Below, in pieces: positions 54,401 through 64,000 of a stretch of DNA of 64,000 nt. Position 1 is the first letter of the stretch; each line of letters starts with the position of its first letter. The notes beneath the pieces were generated by a model. The model worked only from the letters and a program-made list of their open reading frames with translations. It ran no database searches and was not told the DNA's origin. The position numbers and the translations under genes are program-made. Origin of the DNA: Balanoglossus misakiensis. Its lineage: Eukaryota; Animalia; Hemichordata. The stretch lies in assembly GCA_040954595.2 (NCBI GenBank), contig CM082576.2, positions 9,613,129-9,677,128 of the forward strand, given 5' to 3'.

Positions 54401-57400
54401 CCCTGTAGTTTGTTTTTTCCAGCTACACGTATATCTCTGACACGTGATGTGCATCCTTACTAGTGCTTGCTACACATAAATGCTTTGTTATCCCAATAAA
54501 ATTGTCCAAGAAATGAAACAAAACACTTACAAGGCAATCTCAATTCCTCCAATGTCCATGCTTTCTTACCATACTTACAAAGCTTTTACTGTTACACTGT
54601 CCTGACTGTTGACCCGTGACCTCTCGGAATATATACTGGTGAGGCCCTTTATCTTTGCAAGATTTGTATGCAGCTCATGGAGAGCAGACTGTTTCAGGTC
54701 AAACTGTTCTGCTTTTATCATGACTGTTGTAAATAAGCGTATCATATGGTCAAAAGGGCATTGATATTTGCATTTGGAACATGACATATTTGTATTTTTG
54801 AGACAGTGTCTTCATTGTTCCTTCAAGAAATTCACGATGTCTTCAGTAAATTTAAACATTAACAGCATTTTTGGAACAAAAATTATGCCTTTGCCAGATA
54901 ATATTCACTGGAGTGTCGACAGGTGTCACACAGCGTTTGTTCAATAGTGATCACACTCTGCTATTTGTGCCATATGGTACAACTGATTGACAGAATTCTG
55001 GTTTTTTTTTTTCTCCCTATTTCACAGGCACTCTGATAGCTAAGGACCGAGTTTTACAGGGGATGCCAAATATTCTTCTGTCCGTCCACCTACTGTGTGA
55101 AAAACTCACCCCAGACTCTTTCTGGCAACCTTACATCAGTATCCTTTGAATTTGTAGTAAAATCAAAACCCCGCCCCAACCCTATGCTAGGTCACCTTGG
55201 TTCGTTCCTATCATGATCTGTGCGGGTCATTCCATTCATGTTTGGGTTGATGCTGTTGCAAAATGAACTGTGCAAAACAGGGGGTAACTAGTTATGACAG
55301 TAACTTGTAATCCATGACTGAAACTCCCAGAAATGCTTCCAAGGAAATACACAACTCCGCTGTATTTCAATGTGGAAGAGTTGGAGATGATGAAAGACTC
55401 GCCCGCACTGGGTAAGTAACTTGAGATTCCTCACAGTTAAAGATGGATTTTCATTATTCTTTAAACTTCTGAATATCTTTTCATATATTACTATCACTTT
55501 GCCTGTTCATGCACTCTGAAGGCTGTGGTGCCTGTCTTGGTTCCTACGACATTATGCAGATTTGGTCTCAAATTTCTTTCATGTCTGAACCTGTGAACTA
55601 AAGTACATATATTCTGCTTCATGTGTCCATAATGTCAAAGAAGACATGTGTATATTACTTTTATCAGGGCTCGCATTCAGGTCACTCTATTTCTTGCGTT
55701 TTCACGCAAAACTTCAATGTGTACACGCAAGCCTTTTTAACTCTTTACCTGCACTGCACGTAAAAAATAAAATATCGAACGCTAGCCCTGTTTTATCCCT
55801 GTTTTTCATTGCACAATCAAGAGGACACCTTGAAACAATACAAGAATATTGCACGACAGTACGCTTACTTCTTCAAACTCTTCCAGGTGAGACACAGGCA
55901 TCCATTGTACAACGCTTACAGATGTGAGTTGTTTCAGTGATAACTTAAAAATGCAAATTTCCACGCGAACAGAAAGGCAGCCAAGATTTACAGAATAAGT
56001 GGAAACGGTCAATATATGTGTGCTTCTAAAGTTAAGATAGATTTTATGCATAATCTCAGTAGGAACAGTGGTCGGGAACGGTGGAATATTTGCAAGGGAA
56101 AAATGGCAGGAGTTGACAACCCTCTTGCACCAGCAGTAACTTTTTTTGTGGGTGTTTGCAGCAAGCCACAAATGACACCAAAACTTAGTAAACGTTCCTC
56201 AAGCAAGCCTTTTGACTGCACACTCATCCATCAGAAGGGTTGAGTTTTGCAGAGCTATGCATGTGAAGTGTCTGAGCATGTTATGAGAGTTTAGAGCTAT
56301 ATTCTTCAAATATGTATATATACCCAACTTTACAGGCAAACCATTTGTTTTCTTCCGCAGAACCTAGCAGGTGAATCTGCAAAGATTCCACTGAAGGATC
56401 ATTTCATTTATGATGAGTACAGGTACTCAGCTCACTTGATATCAGTGTCGTGTGGTGCTGTGTAGTAGTATTGAAATGTAGTGCTGTGTGTGTGGGTGTG
56501 TAGAATTACTACTAGGAAAAATGTTCTATTAGTACTGTAGGTGTTCATAAGTCAGGTGATGAATATGCCAATGTTAATAAGTTTAACACCATTCACGGTA
56601 TCTGGTGTGGATTTGGATTATGGTGCCACTGAGATGAATATCTGTCCTGCTGATATTGCATTTGCAAGCGTTGTTATTGTGGAATTAAAATGAAGTGTAC
56701 TGGTTTTATAACCACCAGATGGGCAGTATCAACAGTGATGACCAGGCAGAACCAGATCCCGACCAAAGACTGTTCGCAGCGGATCACCGCCCTCATCCCC
56801 CTGTGGGATCTGTGTAACCATGCCGATGGCTTTGTGAGTAACCATCATGCATTTTCGTAGCATCAGAGATTTCTTCCTGTAAATCAGCAAACATGTGTTC
56901 ATTTACTCTACAGGTGCCTCGCAGGCTAACAAAATAGTTTGAATGTGTGTCAGTGATGTGGACAGTCAAATGACACTTTGCTAGTTACATGGAAAATAGC
57001 ATTTTCAAAATTTACCCAAAATTTGTCTCTTGATTGTCTCAAAATGCCTGATAACCCTTTAAACAAACCCAAAGCATTGATGACCCCCCCCCCCCCTCCT
57101 ATTGGATCTACTCCTGTGATATGTGCTCTGTGAAGTGCGTGAAACAAGTATGGTGGTGTGCTTCTTCGACAGTTGGCATCGGGGTTTGACATGGGGAGTG
57201 ATGCACTCCACTGTCTGGCCATCAGTGACTTCCACGTGGGCGACCAGCTCCACATCTTCTACGGCGCAAGACCCAACTCGGAAATGCTGATACACGACGG
57301 CTTCGTCATTCCCGACAACAAACACGACAAAATCTCAGTGAAGCTGGGCATCAGCAAGAACGATTCGTTGTTTGCGATGAAGGTAGAAGTCTTGGCAAGA

Positions 57401-58992
57401 CTGAAATTGTCTGCGTAAGTTATTTCAGATGCTCTGGGCTATTTCTCTGGTTTTGTACCCTATTCTTTGCATAATTTGATGGATGATTTTGCATACTACT
57501 ATAAAATATGTCATCAGGGTTACAGCACAGTTGCCTGGAAAAGTAGTATTTTAGTACAGAGTCTTATTATAAACAGCTGAAAAACCCACGGAAGGTTCTG
57601 GAATCTGACATGCGAGTGGAATTGCAATTGTGATTACACTGAATGGATAAAAATGCAAATGTTTGGAATTATAGATCTGGAAGTTTTTCGCTGTTGAATT
57701 CTGAGAACCCTGTGTCCCAGGACCTGCTAGCCTTTCTCCGAGTCTTCTCTATGAATGAAGGTAAAGTGTTAGCAATATATTTTTATGGATGGATTACCCA
57801 GTGTGAACACTGCGTAACAGTTTTAAATGCACTTGATTCACAGAATACATCACACTGACTGGAAAAAAAATGATTTCTTTGAAAAAGATGAAACTTGATT
57901 GGTTGTTTCTTCGCAGTTGAACTGAAGGCAATATTAGCCACTGAAAACACTGACAAATTGCAGTCGCTGTTTGCTGCCGACTCCATTGTGAGTGTGGAGA
58001 ATGAAACCAGAGTGTGGACTTTTCTGGATGCGAGACTAAATCTTCTGATGAAGATGTACAAATCAAGTATCCAGGTAGGGGAAACGTCAATCTTGCTTGG
58101 AAAAAAAAAACAGATATAGAAATTTAATGAGGATTGATTTGGATCATATTTCTACCACATAAGTTTTCTTCGTACTGACATACAAAGTATACATTTATTT
58201 CTTTGGAAGAAGTGTCTTAAGTTGGTAACTTCCATTAACCAGTGTTGACTGCATCATCAAAAATGACTTTTATTTTACTTGCTCGTGTAGGAAGACAAGG
58301 CCTCTCTTCTGAGGACTGACATCTCGGAGCACATCAGGCTTGTTACACAGCTGAAACTGGAAGAAAAGAAAATCCTTCAAAGAGCCAGGGATTATGTGAA
58401 TCTCAGAAAGGAGGCACCAATGCAGAAGATAGTAACAGTTGCGCAGGAGGAAGTGAACGATGGTGGCGTCTCCGAGCAAGAGGCTAACGGCGCCACGGAA
58501 ACCAAGGCTGCCGACGACACTGCCCTCGGAGTTGAAGAGACCGCGGGGAATGGCGGTGGATCAGAGGAGGCGAGACTGTCGCAAATGAACTTGGAAGCTG
58601 AGCTCGCCGGAGACGCCGCGAGCACCGAGCAAGATGGTGTTGATGATGTTTCTCGCCAAAATGTCAGTTCTGCGGAATCTTGTGAAAGAGCAGAGGCGAC
58701 GGTGCCAAACGGGGCTGCCAAGGACCTTGATCCAAGAAACGACGTAACACAGCGAGATGCCGAAACAAAAGAGGCTATCGCGGGTAACGGAGTCCAAACT
58801 GATGGGACCCCTCAAGATACCGAAACACACCAAAACAACTCCCCCCAGGACTCAGGGCGAAACGATGACGAGACTCCCCAAGTTAATGGAACGAAAGTAA
58901 CAGAGTCCCCCCAAGGAGCCGGAAACTGTCAAGGGAAGCTTCTTGGCCGTGAACACAACGGTGACGCTCCAGTTGAGGTTGCTGGAAATTGA
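51455..58992 (+). CDS. SETD3: SETD3 actin-histidine N-methyltransferase, 13 coding exons, ~675 aa
   Basis: Exons 51455-51548, 52247-52339, 52512-52657, 53097-53169, 55028-55138, 55331-55411, 55822-55886, 56361-56422, 56719-56833, 57173-57414, 57675-57760, 57917-58074, 58291-58992 are phase-consistent. Peptides: MGRKSR, EGFGLKALREIK, SFWQPYI, KNIARQYAYF, WAVSTVMTRQNQIP, ALIPLWDLCNH, IFYGARPNSE, LLAFLRVF. Confidence 0.95.
53263..54132 (-). CDS. Glycine N-acyltransferase-like (GLYAT/GLYATL-type) GNAT protein, 289 aa, nested antisense in a SETD3 intron
   Basis: Intact single-exon ORF with the acyl-CoA-binding GNAT motif GVGFTEPEYRGQGLAK, the GLYAT-typical G-R-PVSW segment, N-terminal PASYPVY/WPN and C-terminal NYSSLRAAEGLGF. 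It lies wholly within SETD3 intron 53170-55027. An acceptor TTTTTTTCGGCAG| sits 10 nt before the ATG. Confidence 0.85.
   Translation of the reverse strand: MTLPLPRQRIAALLTNLLKLSPASYPVYYMLLNSYKTKNAWPNISVYTDDRNSPRPTTVVCAANQYHSPPADRSYFFHTTDNAKLRRLLRQPGVIDWDRAEIMFETVPYSSSEVIEEVCRERGYRRACEEKCCLFLLQNTDTVEKTAGKPVPDGLTAGRVPANQAPLLENRWWAANDTPPPNFTQSLKYGHANALFDSSGRPVSWCMFKEYGDIGVGFTEPEYRGQGLAKIVFAKTVMEVLKQGLLPYGIIEITNYSSLRAAEGLGFERHENYFSAWWVYKKIKPNEIV
55139..55330 (+). other. U12-type GT-AG intron in SETD3
   Basis: 5' splice site GTATCCTTT; branch-like TCCATGAC (55311-55318) ~12 nt from the intron end with no polypyrimidine tract; the exons join in frame (WQPYI|KMLP). Confidence 0.8.
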
Positions 58993-59606
58993 TGGTGTGA
59001 CTACCAGGCAAGATTAGAATGGAAAGTGCGACGACAGAAAATAATCAAGATGTGATGCGCGGTCATCGTTCAGAACTTCCATACTACTTGTAACAGTGTG
59101 GGTATAATGAGTAGAATTTATTAAGTTCGCTGATGTCATATTTGAAGAAATTGTTGTTTTTAAAATGACTCTGACTGCAGTGTGTTCACTTTTCAATAGC
59201 TTTATTTTGAAAATTTTACAAATTCCCAAGGAGTTTTCCTTCTTCCATGAATGGTCTTATCTTCCAATTCTTTCTGAATCGTGTTTTGGCTCAGGATAAA
59301 TTGTATTTTTCAATTTACAAAACCCCAAAAGTTCACTGCAGTGCAAATCAAAGGCCCAGCCCAGACACACAACTATGAAGTGTGTCAGGTCGCCTGTGGT
59401 ATATCCAGTCTTTACAGATTGAAATGTATCAAGAATGACAGATTTTGTTTGTTTTTTAAACTGAGACTGAGAGCCCAGTAGATATATATAGGACAGTTTT
59501 CTATAGCATCGAATTCAAGATTGGTATTCGTATAGCTACAGTGAGTTAGTGTCAAATGTTGAATGCACTTCAATGAATACAGACATTTTTCCATTGGATT
59601 CTAGGT

Positions 59607-59625
59607 ACACACACACACACACACA
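59607..59625. repeat. (AC)n microsatellite in the SETD3 3' region
   Basis: Directly visible. Confidence 0.9.
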
Positions 59626-62600
59626 GGGAACCCTGAATAGTATAGTAAACAAGTTTATCTGAAATTCAGGATAAAACATTTAGAATTTACTGTCATTGTG
59701 TGAAGATCTTAGGACCATTTTCTTACTTTTACAAATGATTTGGATATTTACTGATTAAGTCTTTCCTTCACACAAAAAAAAAACTTATTGCGGGTTTATG
59801 AGGTTTCTGTATTAATATGTTTCTGGGTAATTTTATGGATTTGTATATATTTTCATGATGTGATACAAGGAATGCTTTGATTTTACTATGAAAACTTTAC
59901 AGCTTCACCGTGCACTTCCAAGTTTACTGAACGGGTTTCTGTGATTTTTTTCAACAAAACTTCCGGAATTTTCTTTTTTTACCATTTAAGCATTGGTTTA
60001 AGAAATCTTACATTACTTAACAGTTATTTTTTAACTTGACCAGTTTCCAGCATGTCACCACTGTACATAGTAACACCATTGATTGATTGATGCTAATTTA
60101 CATAAATTACATGAATAACTCGAAGCCCCGAATGTTACCTTCCATGTAAACCAACTCATGCTGCATCAACAGAAGCCACGTCTCAGTCAGTCTACTGACT
60201 TTACTGTCTCACAACAGGTACACCAAGCTTCAAATAAAATCACCATCCCCACAGCAGTGCTTTAATTCACACAGGTTTTATCCACCCTGCATCACGCCCA
60301 AGTTACTCTTCACCAACCCACCCGTTTCAAGCCGTTTGATAAACCCACCCACCCAGACATATATCTGATACATTCCCCTCGTAACATCCCACCACACACA
60401 CTCAATAGGTATCTGCATCCCTAACATCCCAGACATTGCCCACCCATACATGCTTTGCAAGCAAAGTCTCCATGCATGTCAACCGTTGAACTGATCCACT
60501 GGAGATTTTAGTTCCCGGCACCTTGAACAAATTGTTCAAATTCAACTGTTTTATGTTCATGATTTTTCTCAGTTTCTGTATAAAAATTACATTTTACATA
60601 TCAAAGAATACATAATGTCCTTCTTTTCTGCCTGTATCAAACCTTGATGTGAAACAAAGATATAATATCTATGGTGAAGTCTTTTACTTTTTGATCAGAA
60701 AAATGATGTCTATATTTTACTTGTACCTGTTCAGTACATATACATGTATATGTTTTTCTGGGCGAGAATAACAAAAAAATCATTCCACCTTGATTTTATG
60801 TTTTGCCCAAAAGAAGTTATCTTATTTGTAAGAGTACAACTGTATCTTGTATATCTGTGTTCAATTTTTTGTTGATTACATCCATTGATGTGTTTCGACT
60901 TCTCATCTAATTTGATGGTGAAAGATTTTAAGTGTACAAGTATATGTTTGTAGTTTAGAGGAAGACTCTGAAAATATGACAAGTGCAACATTAAATCTAT
61001 GCATGTTACGTGAAAACAATTTATCCAGTTTAGTGTTTGTCTTGAGAAAACTCTCGTCTTTTGTACTCAGCTGTTGTTTCTTCTTAATACTCAGAATTGT
61101 GCATATTACAGAAAAGAGAAATCTCTTGTCAATATGGCAACATTGAAATCCGACTTAGCATTTTGTGATCAGCAATTTTTGGGGCTTGTTGACTGAAAAA
61201 AAGGTAAATGTGTAATGATGTGGCAATTAAAAAAAATGATTCTGTTCATATCTGCCGCAATAGGGTCTTTGTGCCTTTGTGATTTCGTAGCTGATGTCAA
61301 CTTGACCAAAAATAAAAAATTTCATTGATGTAATGCAAAATGTGTGGCAATTATAATTCATGTATACACAATAACTGCATGCACGCGTGTGCATGTCATC
61401 ACTCACTCTAATAAATCAGATCGAAGCTCTGTTCGAATATGTTTCTCACTGAGGCACAATGGCATATGTACAACAGTATGATTAGCGCAGAATTGTGGTG
61501 TAAGACGCCACCTGTGTTCCAAACACTCATACACTTTTGTTTTTAATAGTACATAGTGGTTGACATTATCAATGATCTTTTTCTGATAAGTTGTTTCCTT
61601 TGAAGGCCCTTTATAAATCATTGTAGAATAAATATTTGAGGACTGCCATCCATCAAAATCGTTGAATGGAATGATGTAATACTCTCACCTGAAGTAACTC
61701 CATGGTACAAATCAGAGTGAATCATGGGATATTCCTAGTACTGTACAATCCTCCTTGTACATCGACTATGATGTAAGAGGCGAGGGGGGGGGGAGAGAAA
61801 AGTCAAAACAAATTGATTACTGCTTTTCAAGGATGTTTATTCAAAATAGCGCACTAAGTACACCGCTTTGAAAGCTATAAATGCACCCAACATATCGCTG
61901 CACGTTTTGTTTCAGTGGTTTCATGGACAGTGTCAAAATTCAAGACGTTATAACGACAATTTAACATACAGCTCTCTGCCAAAGGAAGTCGTATATTGAC
62001 GACTGTCCAAAACAACGGGATATCATAAAAACAAACATAGGCAAGTGGTAAACAAGAATGGATGTGCCCGTAGGTAAAAATAATTCAGTGAAACTAAACA
62101 GAACACAGTGCAGTGCAATATTCATATTTGTTTGCATAAATTACCAGTAATAACTCCAGCTAATTTTCACAGTAACCCGAGCCCATTCATAAGGTTGAAA
62201 GATAACATTACATGTGTATTACATAAAATGTATTCCACTTTGTACTTTTGCCCTGTTACACATAAAACGTTTTTTTTAAAAATAAATTTTGATCAAATTC
62301 AACTTGACAAAAACACATCTATTTCAAGAAGTATCCATAAAAACAACATGTAGACACGTGTACTTGCGTTTTCTACATTCAAATAAATGTGACAACCTCA
62401 TCTCCTGTGGCTTTGCATCCAACATGGCAGTGTGTTCAACTGTATTATAAATAATGGGTTGGAAATCACTGGGTTAAACAAATCCCCCTGGCTTTCATTT
62501 TGCTGCAGGCGCTGAAAAGCGATGTAAATTCGCACATACATTCGATAAGACCTCATTATGTCAAGACAGCGCCCTCTGTACTGAACCATCCATTCCATAT

Positions 62601-62794
62601 CCCCATTCCCACCAAACCCCCTTCCCTCCTGCATCTTTTTTTCATACTACCACCACCACCACCCACACCAACACCATCACCAATATCCAACTTTGTGACA
62701 TGATCTCGTGACCTTCACAAAAGGTCATTCTAAATCACGGCATACAAGATATCGCCTGTGCGCGATCCAATCGCCACAATCTTTCGCTGTGGCT

Positions 62795-64000
62795 TCAGCG
62801 ACAGAAATACTGAAACTGTGGTCCAGAGTCGACCCTCTGTCGTTTCCTCGCTTGCATGGTTTCAAAGAACTCGGCAATGTCTTCCTGTTTCACGACCTGC
62901 AAGATTGACAACCAAAACAAAAACACACAAAGGGTTACACAATGACCCAGAAGCTTCTGCAAAATCATGCGAAGAATCTCAACACCCCATTTGGCTCTCC
63001 CACTAACCAATACCCCTCCCTCCCCATCGTTCAGCCCGTTCACAATGTGGAACCAAAGCCCCACTAACTAGGAAAGGTGTAGGTTACCATTTTTTTTTCA
63101 AAAACAAATTGCTACATACCCTTCCTTGCTGCGCAAATGACTGCAAGTAATTCTTCAGTTCTGTTTTCATGTCATTGTAACCTATAAAAGGAAAAATCAG
63201 AATAATCTTGACTTTCTGGCGAGCAACAAGTTTGATCAAATCAGGCATTCGTCATGGCAGATTTTAATAGATTTGAGCAGACTCTGACAACTTTCAACAA
63301 CGTCTCAACTTGACACACCACCTCCAGAGGCAAGAAATCTTAACACTTACCATGTAAGACTTCCACTTGTTGCACACGATCCATACCCGAGAAAACCCTC
63401 ATACCCTGTTCGTACTGGGACCCTGCAGCCTGGTTTGATTTGCCCTTCTCTTCGTAGAAACACACTGTGTCCGATTCCTCCAGCAGGAATGTGATGCACC
63501 TGTCTGTGTACATTTTCTGGGAGAGACAATGTGAAGTTAAAGTAGTGTCATTTGCGAGAATCGGTCCTGGCTGCACATTTCATTTGAAATTAATGCAAGA
63601 TAATGATTCACACTGATCTAACTGGGAAACGTACTTTGACAAAGATCATGATCTAAACTAATTTGACATCACAAATTTAACACACATGTACTTGGGACGT
63701 GATGACCAACTCAAAGACAGTCTTTGCTTAAGAAACTAAGATTCAAAGAGAAATCAACAAGAAACCTACCTGACAATTTGTACAAGTACACAATTTCTTC
63801 CTCCACCCTTGTGGCCAGAACGTTGCGTGATTCCCAACTTTGACGTCTCTCTTTCTCAGCTCCTCTAATTTACATACACTGGACCCCCTAGCACAGCCAT
63901 CTGCAGTTTGAGCTGAGGTACCAGCTTCTTGGTTGTTTTCTCCCGTCTTCTCTGACGATTCCGCGTTTTGAGTTGAGTCACCCGCCTCCCTGCTTGGCTT
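62795..64000 (-). CDS. UBR7: UBR7 E3 ubiquitin ligase, last four coding exons (gene continues beyond the window)
   Basis: Exons 64000-63770, 63516-63351, 63181-63120, 62896-62795 splice to ...ATFWPQGWRKKLCTCTNCQKMY...FLLEESDTVCFYEEKGK...MDRVQQVEVLHGYNDMKTELKNYLQSFAQQGRVVKQEDIAEFFETMQARKRQRVDSGPQFQYFCR*, matching the UBR7 C-terminus. Confidence 0.93.

Noticed and set aside
57083-57117. Poly-C plus TGGATCTACTCCTG resembling a MITE terminal repeat in a SETD3 intron
   Set aside because: I could not find a matching second terminal inverted repeat or a target-site duplication.
21146-58992. Functional 'actin cluster' (WCA orphan + actin methyltransferase SETD3 + Hippo-linked FAM181)
   Set aside because: Animal gene neighbourhoods rarely reflect pathways, and the linkage is explained by ancient synteny; the sequence gives no evidence of co-regulation.

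Overview
Intron-rich animal genomic DNA, most likely an invertebrate deuterostome (inferred from gene content and composition). It is not prokaryotic, and I found no supportable CRISPR array, rRNA, tRNA or autonomous transposon. Hand-splicing with GT-AG sites and phase checks gives seven protein-coding genes. (1) FAM181 (-, single coding exon), flanked by CpG-rich non-coding DNA with RFX X-boxes and TEAD (MCAT) motifs. (2) An unrecognised 7-exon gene (+, 21146-24878, ~624 aa) ending in poly-Pro/WH2/Central/Acidic-Trp, a candidate Arp2/3 nucleation-promoting factor lacking the N-terminal domains of known WASP-family members; this is the top finding. (3) TTC13 (+, 18 exons, ~860 aa), whose C-terminus carries an AvrB/Fido-like motif set. 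(4) CCNK (-) and (5) SETD3 (+), head-to-head, each with a U12-type intron. (6) A GLYAT-like GNAT acyltransferase nested antisense in a SETD3 intron. (7) The 3' end of UBR7 (-). FAM181/UBR7/SETD3/CCNK mirror the human 14q32 neighbourhood. All homology calls come from recalled motifs, not database searches.
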